Part shown: positions 10,312-20,100 of the stretch, piece after piece
Position numbering within the stretch: position 1 is the first letter of the stretch
Layout of the letters: every line of letters begins with the position of its first letter
Assembly: GCA_046598045.1 (NCBI GenBank)
Contig: JBKJJJ010000067.1
Span: 1 to 31,059, forward strand
Direction of reading: 5' to 3'
DNA: 31,059 nt
Source: Candidatus Eiseniibacteriota bacterium
Lineage (GTDB): Bacteria > Eisenbacteria > RBG-16-71-46 > DASYSL01
Notes under the pieces: model-generated
Told to the model about the DNA's origin: nothing
Seen by the model: only the letters and a program-made list of their open reading frames with translations
Databases searched by the model: none
Translations under genes and position numbers: made by a program

Positions 10312-11468
10312 TCCTCGCCTACGTCGGCGGCTACGACCCGGCGTACCCGCGCAATGCCGTGCTGCGCGCCGGGCTCCATCGGCTGGGGGTCACGATGCAC
10401 CCGCTGTTCTTGCCGCGGCGCGCCGGCGTGGTGGCGCGCGGCGTGGCTCTCCTCGCCGCGGTCGCGCGCCTCGATCCGTCCCCCGACGTCGTGCTGGTCG
10501 CCGAGTTCTGCCACAAGGACGTGCCGGCAGCTTGGCTCGCGGCCCGCCGCGCGCGCGCCGTGCTCGCGGCCGACCCCTTGATCTCGCGCGTCGACACGAT
10601 GGTCGGCGAGTGGGGCCTGTACCGTCCCGGCTCGCTCGACGCGTGGGGCTGCGCGAAGTGGGACAACGTCGCGTTCCGCTGGCCCGCGGTCGTGGTCGCC
10701 GACACCGAGGTGCACGCGCGGCGCTTCGCGGGCGCCGCCGACCGGCCGCCGTTCCCCGTGGTCTACGTCGGCGCGGGCGACGAGTTCTTCGATCTGCCGG
10801 ATGTCGAGCCGCCATCGGGCGGACCGTTCACGGTGCTCTACGCCGGGGGCTTCCTGCCGCTCCACGGCATGGCGACGATCGTGGGCGCCGCGGAGTTCCT
10901 CGCGCGCGCGGGCCGGGACGACATCGTGTTCGAACTCGTGGGCGACGGGATCCAGCACGCGCATGTGAAGGCGCGCGTGGCGGAGCTCGGCCTCACCAAC
11001 GTGCGCTTTGCCGGGCGCCGCCCGATCGACGAGCTGCCCGAGCGCATGTTCCGCGCGCATGTCGTGCTGGGCGTGTTCGGCGAGGCGGGGGAAGCGGGGC
11101 GCGTCATCCCGAACAAGGTGTCGCAAGGCCTCGCTGCCGGCCGCTGCGTGGTGACGGGGGACACCGAGGCTGTGCGCGAGCTGCTCTCCCCCGGGGCGAC
11201 CGCCGTGCTCGTGGCGCCGGGCGACGCTCCCGCGCTCGCCGACGCCCTGCGCGCGCTCGCCGACGACCATGCGCTGCGTGAGCGCATCGCCGGCGCCGGG
11301 CGCGCGCTCGCGCGCCGCGCGCTCACGCCCGAGGCCGTGGCGCGCCAGCTCCTGGTTGCGCTCGGGGCGCGCAAGATCGCGCAGTCGCAGCCGGCGGCGC
11401 GGGTGTTGCGCCCGCACGCCCCGGCGCTCGGCGTGCCCGACGTGCCGATCGCGCCGGCCGGGGCCTGA
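10308..11468 (+). CDS. GT-B fold glycosyltransferase (GT4-like)
   Basis: ATG 10308 overlaps the dxr stop; YPRN N-terminus, LYAGGFLPLHG, LVGDG, GVFG...RVIPNKVSQGLAAG...VAPGDAPALA. Confidence 0.85.
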   Translation: MILAYVGGYDPAYPRNAVLRAGLHRLGVTMHPLFLPRRAGVVARGVALLAAVARLDPSPDVVLVAEFCHKDVPAAWLAARRARAVLAADPLISRVDTMVGEWGLYRPGSLDAWGCAKWDNVAFRWPAVVVADTEVHARRFAGAADRPPFPVVYVGAGDEFFDLPDVEPPSGGPFTVLYAGGFLPLHGMATIVGAAEFLARAGRDDIVFELVGDGIQHAHVKARVAELGLTNVRFAGRRPIDELPERMFRAHVVLGVFGEAGEAGRVIPNKVSQGLAAGRCVVTGDTEAVRELLSPGATAVLVAPGDAPALADALRALADDHALRERIAGAGRALARRALTPEAVARQLLVALGARKIAQSQPAARVLRPHAPALGVPDVPIAPAGA

Positions 11469-11475
11469 CCGACCG

Positions 11476-12597
11476 GTGGCGGACGGCCTGCGCGTCCTGC
11501 ACGTCGATACCGCCCCGGACTGGCGCGGCGGCCAGGCGCAGGTGGCGGCGCTGATGGACGGGCTCGGTGCGCGCGGGCACACCCAGTGGCTCGCCGCGCC
11601 CGACGGGCCGCTCGCGTCCCATGCGCGGGCGTGCGGGATCGAGGTCCACCGCTTTGCCCCGCGCGGCGACGTCGACCTCGGGGCGGCGCTCGCGCTGGCC
11701 GGAATCGCGCGCCGGCTCGCACCCCGGGTCGTGCACCTGCACAGCGCGCGCGCGCATGCCACCGGGTGGTGGGCCGCCCGGCGGGTGCGGGCCGCGTGCG
11801 TGGTCTCCCGGCGCGTGGACTTCGCGGTCGCGAAGAATCCGCTGTCGGCGCTCAAGTATCGCCTGCCCGTGGACGCGTACGTGTGCGTTTCCCGGGGCAT
11901 CGCCGACGTGCTCCTGGCCGCCGGCATCCCGGCGGACCGGGTGCGCGTGATCCCCAGCGGCATCGCGGTCGACACGGTCGCGGCCGCCGTGGCGAAGGCC
12001 CGCACGGAGGGACGGGGCGTGCGCTTGCGCGCCGCGCTCGGCGTGCCCGAACGCGCGCCGCTCATCGGCGTGATCGCGGCCCTCGCGCCGCACAAGGACC
12101 ACGCGACGTTCCTCGCCGCCACGCGCGGCGTGCTCGCCGCCCGCCCGGACGCGTGGTTCGTGCTCGCGGGCGACGGTCCCTTGCGCGCCGAGATTCGCGC
12201 GCGGGTGGCGGCGCTCGGGGGCGGCGCGCATGTGCTGCTGCCGGGATTCGTCGAGGACGTGCCGGCGCTGCTCGCCGCGCTCGACGGGTTCGCGCTGTCG
12301 TCGTACCTGGAGGGCCTCGGGACGAGCGTGCTCGATGCCCAGGCGGCCGGCGTGCCGGTGGTCGCGACCCGCGTGGGAGGGATCCCCGAGATGATCGAAT
12401 CCAGCGTGAACGGCCTGCTGGTCCCCCCGCGGAATCCGCAGGCGCTTGCCGCCGCGCTGCTCGAGGGGCTGACGAACCCCGGCGCGGCCCGCGCGCGCGC
12501 GGACGCGGCGCGATTCACTGTGCGCGCGTTCGACATCGGGCGCACGGTGGAGAGTACGGAAGCACTCTATTACGAACTCCTTCGGAGTCGCGCGTGA
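11476..12597 (+). CDS. Glycosyltransferase family 4
   Basis: LHVDTAPDWRGGQAQV, SRRVDF, HKDH, AGDGPL, SYLEGLGTSVLDAQAAGVPVVATRVGGIPE; start placed at GTG 11476. Confidence 0.9.
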   Translation: MADGLRVLHVDTAPDWRGGQAQVAALMDGLGARGHTQWLAAPDGPLASHARACGIEVHRFAPRGDVDLGAALALAGIARRLAPRVVHLHSARAHATGWWAARRVRAACVVSRRVDFAVAKNPLSALKYRLPVDAYVCVSRGIADVLLAAGIPADRVRVIPSGIAVDTVAAAVAKARTEGRGVRLRAALGVPERAPLIGVIAALAPHKDHATFLAATRGVLAARPDAWFVLAGDGPLRAEIRARVAALGGGAHVLLPGFVEDVPALLAALDGFALSSYLEGLGTSVLDAQAAGVPVVATRVGGIPEMIESSVNGLLVPPRNPQALAAALLEGLTNPGAARARADAARFTVRAFDIGRTVESTEALYYELLRSRA

Positions 12598-13820
12598 CCG
12601 ATGGCGCCTCGAGGAACGGGGCCGCGCGCGCCACCGACGCCGCGCTCCTGCTGTTCGCGTTCGCGCTGCCGCTGTCGATTGCCGCAACCGAAATCGCGCT
12701 CGGGCTGGCGATCGCGGCTTGGCTGTGCACCCGCCCGTGGGATCGGCCGCATGCCCCCGGCGTGCGCGCGCTCGGGGTGGCCACGCTCGCGCTCGTGGCC
12801 GCGTGGTTGCTCGCGAGCGCGATCTCGCCGCTCCCGCTCGCGAGTTTCCTGCAGGCGAGGAAGATCTATTCCATCGTGATCGTCTTCCTGCTCGCCGACC
12901 GGGCGCGCGACCTGGAGCTGGCGAATCGCTTCGTGACCACGACGTTCGCTTCCGGGCTCCTGAGCGCGGCGCTGGGCTTCCTCCAGTTCGGCATCCGGCA
13001 CGCGCGCGGGGAGTCGGACCAGCCGCTCAAGGGCGTCTTCTCGACGGCCATGACCACCGGGAACGTGCTCACCACGCTCGCCGTGGTGGCGCTCGCGGTG
13101 GTGCTGTTCGCGCGTCCGGGCGTGCGCAACCGCTGGTTCGACCGCACGGCGCTGGGCGTCTTCTTCGTGTCGCTCGCGCTCACGTTCCGCCGCGGCTCCT
13201 ACCTCGGCTGGGTCGCGGGATCGATCGCGCTGGTCGGGCTCAAGCGCGCGCGCTGGCTGGTGATCGTCCCGCTGGTGGCCGCGCTCGCGCTCGCGCTCGG
13301 TCCGCAAGAGGCCCGGCGGCGTGCGTCCTCGATCGCGCATCCCGTCGACTACACGAGCACGGGACGGGTCTCGCTCTGGAAGTCGGGCCTGGCCGCGTTT
13401 CGCGACCGTCCGGTCACGGGGTGGGGCCTGCAGGACGGGCGCGCGCTGATCGAGCGCTACCGCCGCCCGGATGCGAAATTTCCCGCGGGGCACTTCCACA
13501 ACAACTGGGTGCAGATCGCAGTCACGACCGGGACGGTCGGCCTGCTCGCCTACGGCGCGTGGATGGCGCTGGCCGGCTGGTGGGCGTGGCGGGCGTTTCG
13601 CCGCACGCGCGCGGCCTTCGCCGCGGCCGGGCTCGCGGCGTGGCTGGGTTTCCAGGTGTACGGCCTGTTCGACTGGAGCTTCGGCGACGCCGAGGTGGCA
13701 AACCAGTTGTTCGTCTGGCTCGGCATGGCGCTGGCCGCGGGGGCGGGGGCCGCGTTGACCCCTCAAGGGCCCTCTGCTACCTTGAAATTCAACGCGCACC
13801 CGCCTGCGCACGCATCCTGA
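12594..13820 (+). CDS. O-antigen ligase / Wzy_C family membrane protein
   Basis: Multiple hydrophobic segments, LTFRRGSYLG, RVSLWKSGL...PVTGWG, HFHNNWVQ (HxHN); GTG 12594 overlaps the upstream stop. Confidence 0.85.
   Translation: MTDGASRNGAARATDAALLLFAFALPLSIAATEIALGLAIAAWLCTRPWDRPHAPGVRALGVATLALVAAWLLASAISPLPLASFLQARKIYSIVIVFLLADRARDLELANRFVTTTFASGLLSAALGFLQFGIRHARGESDQPLKGVFSTAMTTGNVLTTLAVVALAVVLFARPGVRNRWFDRTALGVFFVSLALTFRRGSYLGWVAGSIALVGLKRARWLVIVPLVAALALALGPQEARRRASSIAHPVDYTSTGRVSLWKSGLAAFRDRPVTGWGLQDGRALIERYRRPDAKFPAGHFHNNWVQIAVTTGTVGLLAYGAWMALAGWWAWRAFRRTRAAFAAAGLAAWLGFQVYGLFDWSFGDAEVANQLFVWLGMALAAGAGAALTPQGPSATLKFNAHPPAHAS
13755..13783 (+). promoter_or_regulatory. Putative internal sigma70 promoter for rseP and downstream genes
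   Basis: TTGACC (13755-13760), 17-nt spacer, extended -10 TGc-TACCTT (13775-13783), inside the 3' tail of the ligase ORF and 55 nt before the rseP start. Confidence 0.65.
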
Positions 13821-13838
13821 CCCCGGAGGATCCTGCCC

Positions 13839-15212
13839 GTGTTCGTCGACGTGATCCTGCCCGGAGTTCTGCTGCTCGGCATCCTCGTTTTCCTCCACGA
13901 ATCGGGCCACTTCATCGTCGCCAAGCTGCTCAAGGTGCCGGTGTACCGTTTCTCGCTCGGCTTCGGTCCCGCCCTGCTCAAGTTCCGCCGCGGGGAGACG
14001 ACGTACCAGATCTCGGTGTTGCCGCTCGGCGGCTACGTCTCGATGGCCGAGGAGCGCAAGAACGCCGAGGGCCACGACGAGCTGATTGACCGCTTCAACG
14101 AGCAGCCGTGGTGGAAGCGCGTGGTGATCGCGCTCGCCGGGCCCGGGGCGAACTTCATCACGGGATTCCTCGCGCTCATCGTGACCTCGCTGGTCGGGGT
14201 CTCGGTTCCCGACTATGACGCGCTGATCGGCCCCGTGCCGACCACGGCGCCGGCCGCCCGGTACGGGCTGGTCGAGGGCGCCCGGGTGACCGCCGTCGAG
14301 GGCCAGTCGGTGACGTCGTTCCAGGACATGCTGGCGCGCGCCGGCCGAGTCCCGCTCACGCAGCCGCTCCAACTGTCGATCACGGCGCCGGGCGGATCCG
14401 CGGCCGAGGTCTCCCTGCCCGCGGCCGAGCGCATTCGCGTGTTCAACGACCTGGTGCCGCCCGAGGCCGACGCCGTGATCGGGAGCGTGGTCATCGGGAC
14501 GCCGGCCTACCTCTCGGGCCTGCAGGTCGGGGACCGGGTGGTCGCGATCAACGGCAAGCCGGTCGTCCGCTGGCGCGAGCTGACCGAGGTCGTGAGCAAG
14601 AGCCCGGGTAAGTCACTGGACTTCCTGGTGGCGCGCGCCGGCAAGGAGTTCCATGTCGCGATCACGCCGCAGGGTCCGCCCACTCCCGACGCGTGGGAGG
14701 GCGGCCGCATCGGCGTCGAGGCCCCGCGCGCGCGGACCTACCTCGCGCGCTCGACCCTCAAGGAGGCGCTGACCACGGCGTTCCCGCTCTCGATGGCGAT
14801 CTCCAAGCAGACGTTCGCGGGCCTATTCGCCGTCATTACCCGGCCCGTGCAGTCGGCCTCCTCGCTGGGCGGTCCGCAGATGATCATGCAGATCGCGGGC
14901 GCGAACGCGAAGCGCGGCGCCGGGGACTTCATCTACATCCTGGCGGTGATCAGCTTCGCGATCATGGCGTTCAATCTGCTGCCCTTGCCCGTGCTCGACG
15001 GCGGCCACGTGTTCCTCGCGGCGCTCGAGGCGGTCCGTCGGCGCCCGCCCTCGGAGTGGTTCACCATGGTCTACCAGCGCATCGGGCTGGTGCTGATCGG
15101 CAGCTTCTTCGTGTTCGTCCTCTACAACGACCTGTCCCGCTCGCTCCAGCACCGGGCCGCCGTGAAGCGGAACAACCACGCGCCCCAGGGTGAAGTCTCT
15201 CCGGCGCGCTAG
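13839..15212 (+). CDS. rseP: RIP (site-2) zinc metalloprotease RseP with PDZ domains
   Basis: FLHESGHF, FSLGFGP, LPLGGYV, AGPGANF, two PDZ-like segments, NLLPLPVLDGGH; GGAGG Shine-Dalgarno. Confidence 0.96.
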   Translation: MFVDVILPGVLLLGILVFLHESGHFIVAKLLKVPVYRFSLGFGPALLKFRRGETTYQISVLPLGGYVSMAEERKNAEGHDELIDRFNEQPWWKRVVIALAGPGANFITGFLALIVTSLVGVSVPDYDALIGPVPTTAPAARYGLVEGARVTAVEGQSVTSFQDMLARAGRVPLTQPLQLSITAPGGSAAEVSLPAAERIRVFNDLVPPEADAVIGSVVIGTPAYLSGLQVGDRVVAINGKPVVRWRELTEVVSKSPGKSLDFLVARAGKEFHVAITPQGPPTPDAWEGGRIGVEAPRARTYLARSTLKEALTTAFPLSMAISKQTFAGLFAVITRPVQSASSLGGPQMIMQIAGANAKRGAGDFIYILAVISFAIMAFNLLPLPVLDGGHVFLAALEAVRRRPPSEWFTMVYQRIGLVLIGSFFVFVLYNDLSRSLQHRAAVKRNNHAPQGEVSPAR

Positions 15213-15219
15213 CTCGGTG

Positions 15220-17139
15220 ATGCGCCGCGCAGGGATTGTGCTCGCCGCGCTCGGGCTCGTTCTGCTGCCCGCCCGCGCGCTCGCGCTCGACGACCAGCTC
15301 CTGGGCGCGCTCAAGCGCGTGCAGGCAGTGCATATCGACGGCAACAGGGCGATCAAGGACAGCGCCATCCGCAAGGTCATCAAGACCGGCGCGGGCTCGT
15401 TCCTCGGGCTGCGCAGCCTGCCGCTGTACCGACCCGACTTCCTGCGGTCCGACGCGCTGACGATCCAGAACCTGTACGCCCGCCGGGGCTTTCTCTCCGC
15501 GGCGGTCGCCGCGCAGGCGGACTCCGGGGACCAGCCGAACCGGGTGATCGTGACCTACCACATCACCGAGGGGCTCCGGGTGCGCGTGCGCACGGTGACG
15601 TTCGACTCCTCGGGGGCGGTGCCGCCCGCGGTCGTGCGGGCAGCGATCCACTTGAGGCCCGGCCAGCCCTACGACCCGGTGCAGGTCGTGCTCGACCGCA
15701 CGTCGATCGCCGAGCGCTACGCCGATCGTGGCTATTTCCCGACGATCACGACGCACATCGACGGCGACTCGGTGAGCGTGGCGATCCACTTCGGCATTGT
15801 CGCCGGGCCCGGGTATCGCGTGCGCGAGGTCTCGGTCGTCGGCGTGCGTGAGGTCGACACCCTGGTCGTAAAGCGCGAGCTGCTGCTCCGGCGCGGCGAC
15901 CTGTTCCGGCGCGACCGGCTGATCAAGAGCAGCGAGCGCCTGTACGACACCGGCCTGTTCAATTCGGTCGCGATCGAACCGGTGCGCGCCGACACGCTGC
16001 TCGGCGTGGTCGATCTCACTGCCCGCGTGCGTGAGCGCAAGCCGCGCTGGATCGAGGGCGGTGTCGGCGCCGGTTCCACGGAGCGTCCGAGCCTCTCGGC
16101 GGAGTGGGGGAACCGCAACCTGTGGGGCAAAGGCCGCGCGCTGACCGCGGACGCGACCTACGGCTACAATCGCCCGCAGATCTATCGCACCCGCGCAGCC
16201 CTGGCCTATACGGAGCCCTGGATGCTCGGCCGGCGCGTGCGCGGCCGGGTGGTGCCGTCGTTCGAGCGCGGCTTCGAGGACTTCGGCGGCGTGACCTACG
16301 TCCAGGAGGCGTGGGGCCTCTCCTTCGGCCTCGCCCGGGACTTCACGTTCTCGCACTCGCGGCTTTCGCTCACGCTCGACAACACGTGGACGAAGCCGGC
16401 ACAGCGGCCGGAGGAGCGCGACTCGCTGGGCAGGGCGCTGCCGGATACGGCGCTTGCTCCGCCCTACGCGCGCCGCTGGACCGCCGCCTACGACCAGGAC
16501 CTGCGCGACGATCACCTGGACGCCCGGCAGGGTGCGCTGACGCACGCCGCGGCCCAGCTGGCCGGCTCGACGTCGAACGGCCAGGGGCGCTACCTCAGGC
16601 TCGACGGTTCGGAGGCCTACCTGTTCCCCGTCCGCGCCTCGGGCTCGATCGGCGCGCGCCTGCGCAGTGTATGGATCGGCGGGCTCGGCGCGGGGCCGGC
16701 CGGCGACGCCGGCACGATCGCGCGCGTGCCCCTGCTCGATCGCCTGCGGATCGGCGGCAGCTCGAGCGTGCGCGGCTACCACGAGAACGGGATCGACGAC
16801 GGGGCGAACGGCGGGCGCTTCCTGCTCAACGCAAACCTCGAATACCGGTTTCCCCTGCGCGGCATCCTCTCGGGCGCTCTCTTCCTCGACGGTGGCAACG
16901 TGTGGCGCCGCATGAGCGAGGTCAAGTTTCGCCGAATCTTCCAGGCGACAGGACGGGACGGCACCTACGGCACCGCGGACATGCGCTGGTCGATCGGGCT
17001 CGGACTGCGCGCCCGGACGCCCATCGGCCCGTTGCGCTTCGACTACGGCCGGCGCCTGCGCACCGACGAGTCGGACCTGCTCGCGTTGCATCGCCCCGAC
17101 CGGGGCGGCTGGCACTTCGGCATCGGGCAGCTGTTCTAG
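15220..17139 (+). CDS. Omp85 family outer membrane protein with about 3 POTRA domains (TamA/BamA-like)
   Basis: Signal peptide MRRAGIVLAALGLVLLPARALA; three POTRA-like repeats (LYARRGF, RYADRGY, LYDTGLF); NRNLWGKG; loop-6 GGSSSVRGY; FLDGGNVW; TPIGPLRFDYG; terminal HFGIGQLF. Alternative start is GTG 15190. Confidence 0.88.
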   Translation: MRRAGIVLAALGLVLLPARALALDDQLLGALKRVQAVHIDGNRAIKDSAIRKVIKTGAGSFLGLRSLPLYRPDFLRSDALTIQNLYARRGFLSAAVAAQADSGDQPNRVIVTYHITEGLRVRVRTVTFDSSGAVPPAVVRAAIHLRPGQPYDPVQVVLDRTSIAERYADRGYFPTITTHIDGDSVSVAIHFGIVAGPGYRVREVSVVGVREVDTLVVKRELLLRRGDLFRRDRLIKSSERLYDTGLFNSVAIEPVRADTLLGVVDLTARVRERKPRWIEGGVGAGSTERPSLSAEWGNRNLWGKGRALTADATYGYNRPQIYRTRAALAYTEPWMLGRRVRGRVVPSFERGFEDFGGVTYVQEAWGLSFGLARDFTFSHSRLSLTLDNTWTKPAQRPEERDSLGRALPDTALAPPYARRWTAAYDQDLRDDHLDARQGALTHAAAQLAGSTSNGQGRYLRLDGSEAYLFPVRASGSIGARLRSVWIGGLGAGPAGDAGTIARVPLLDRLRIGGSSSVRGYHENGIDDGANGGRFLLNANLEYRFPLRGILSGALFLDGGNVWRRMSEVKFRRIFQATGRDGTYGTADMRWSIGLGLRARTPIGPLRFDYGRRLRTDESDLLALHRPDRGGWHFGIGQLF

Positions 17140-17154
17140 GAGAATGACGCCACC

Positions 17155-20100
17155 GTGACGCTCCCCGATCCCGATCCCAAGACGCCGGCGGAGGCCGCCG
17201 CGCTGCGCCGCGCGCCCTGGTGGTGGCGCGCCCTCGCGCGCATGGGCGTGATCTCGGTGTGGGGCGCGGGGCTGCTCGTGTCCGTGGCCGCGCTCGCGCT
17301 GGTGGGGGTGTTGTGGCTCTCCCGCCAGCCCGCCGGACACCTGCTCACATTCGCGCTCACGAACCGCGCGCTCGCGCACTCGACGAACCTGCGCCTGTCG
17401 GCGCGGCGTTCGCTCCTGATCGCGCACGGAGCGTACCTCGTCGAGCCCGTGGTCGAGCTCGTCGACTCCGCCGGCGTGCGGCGGCCGTTCCTTGTCGCCG
17501 CACGGGCACGCCTGGTCTCGACCTGGTGGGGCCTGCTGATGAGGAACCCCGAGGCGGTCCGCGTCGAACTCGTGGACCCGGTGATCACGATCACGCGCCG
17601 GCCCGGCGGCGGGTACATCCTCCCCGCATTCCGGCCGGGCCCGAAGACCGAACGCGCGCCGAATCCGCTGACCATCGACCTCGGCCTCGAGAATGCGCTC
17701 GTGCGCGTGGTCGGTGCCGGGGCGCCGCCCGACACGATCGCGCGCGCGCTCGACCTCACCGGCCGGGCGCACGGCGCGGGCGGGACCTGGGACTTCGCGC
17801 TCGGGCGGCTGGCCTCTGTCCTGCCGGGCGCCGGCCTCGCGATCACGAAGGGCGACGGCCGCCTGCGGCTATCCGATGGGCAACTCGCGCTCGATCACCT
17901 GCGCGTGCGGACGGATGCGGGCTGGATCGAGGCGGACGGCAGCGGCGCGATCAGCCCGACGCTCGACCTCGAAGGGCGCGTGAGCGTCGGCGAGTGGACG
18001 TGGCACGACCTGGCCTCGATCTTTCGGCAGAAGGCGCTCGACCTGCCCGGCGGCTTCTCCGGCAAGAGCCGCGTTCATGTCACGCGCACGAGCGTGGCGA
18101 TTCTCGGCGCCGACGCCGACGTGCTGTGGCGGGACGAGCCCGCCGTCGCGCGCTTCGACGGAGTCTTCGAGGGCGGGCGGGTGGCGGTCACGAACGCGCA
18201 CGTGGCCTGGCGCAAGAGCGCGTTCGCCGGGGCGTTCAGCGCGGAGCCGGCGGCCCGACGCTGGCGGCTCGTCGGCGCGCTCGAGAACCTCCAACTCGCC
18301 GAGCTGCCGCGCCTGTGGCCGATGCCGGCACAGGGCCCCGCGCGGATCAGCGCCGACGTGGACCTGACCGGCACGCCGCGCGGTCTCGAAGCGCGTGTCG
18401 CGCGCGGCCGGGGCGCGTGGCAGGATCTGCCATTCGACTCGCTTGGCGGCACGTGGGCGATGGCGGGCACCCGGCAGACGATCGATGTCCACGCGCGCGC
18501 CGCCGGCGGGAGCCTCGCCGCACGCGGCACGATCGAGCCGAACCGTCTCGCGGCGGTGGTGCACGCGCTCGGTGTCGAGGCCGCGCGCGTTCCCGCTGCG
18601 TGGTGGCGCGGGCTGGGCCTGGGCGCCTCGCCGGAGGGACGGCTCGTGGCGCTCGACGCGACGCTCGACGGGCCGCCCTCCCGGCCGACCGCGCGGGGCA
18701 CCGCGCTGGTTTCGGGCGTGAGCCACCAGGGGCTCGAGGTCTCGCGCGCAGCGCTGACGTTCGACGGGCCGCTCGGGGCCGACTACGCGGTCGCGATCAC
18801 GGCGCGCGTCGGGGACTCGCGCATCGGCTTCGCGTCGGCGGACTCGGCGGAAGCCGAGGTCGCGGTGACGCCCCGGCGCATCGACCTGCCGCGCTTCCAC
18901 GCCGTGCGGGCGGAGTCGACGGTCACGCTGAGCGGGAGCGCGACCCGCTCGCCGGGCGGATGGGAGGCGCGCGTTGATCACCTGGCGTGGGACGCCGGCG
19001 AGCGCATCCACCTCGATAACGACGGGCCGATCGAGTTCCTGCTCGCGCCCGGCGGCGCGATCGACGTTCACCGCGCGCGCGTCGTCTCGTCCGCGGGGGC
19101 GCTGTCGGCGAAGGGGCGCTGGGGTGGGGCCAGGGGAACCAACGACCTCGCGCTCGACCTCGAGACGCTCGACCTCGAGTCCTTGCTCGGGCCGCTCGCC
19201 GCACGCTACGAGGTGCGCGGCGTGCTCACGGGGCACGCCCGGTTCGAGGGGGCGGCGCGCCACGCGACCTGGACCGTGGACCTCGACGGCAGGGACCTCC
19301 AGTACCGCGCGTACTCCGCGCGCCGCGTGGTCGCGCGCGGGCGTTTCGCGGACGAGTCCTGGAGCGTCGAAAAGCTCGCGGTCGACACCGGCCGGGGGCG
19401 CCTCGCGTTCACCGGCGAGCTGGCGTGGGCGGAACCGCCCCCGTGGTCGGGCACGCCCGCGGAGTGGAAGCAGGCACTGACGCGCGCGCCGCGCTGGTCG
19501 GGCGCGCTCACGACCGACAGCCTCGCGCTCGCCCAGGTCTCCGAGTTCTATCCGCAGGCCGGAGGCTGGCGCGGGGCCCTGAGCACGACGCTGACGCTCT
19601 CGGGCCGCCCGGCCGCGCCGATCGTGACCGCCAAGGGTCGGCTCGCGAAGCCCGGGTGGGGGCAGGGGTCGCTCGACGACTTCGACCTCGACCTCGGGTA
19701 TGAGAGCGAGCTGCTGACCATCCGGCGCTTCGCCATGGTCGGTGCCGACTCGCTCGGCCCGACGGTGACGGGCACGCTCCCGATCCGGTTGGGCTGGGGC
19801 GTGCCGGCCGACGAACGGCTGCCCGATCGCCCGATGGAGATCACCGCCCACGCCCGGGGACTCGACCTGGGCCTGGTCCCGCTGGTGCTTCCCCAGATCG
19901 CAGCGGCCAACGGGAAGATGGACGTCGACGCGCGCCTGACCGGCACGCCGCGGGCACCCTACGCGGCCGGCACCGTCACCGTGCGCGACGGCATCGTGCG
20001 CCCCGCGAATCGCGAGGAGGTGATGACCGGGGTTGCGGGCACGATCAAGCTCGACGGTTCGGAACTCAGGATCGTGAACTTCGAGGCGCGCCAGGGCAAG

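Noticed and set aside
11586..12593. Apparent N-terminal extensions on the ligase (and on rplM, cdsA, both GTs, gatA and gatB) in the ORF track
   Set aside because: These overlap the upstream genes in another frame; coupled starts next to the upstream stop codons explain them without frameshifts
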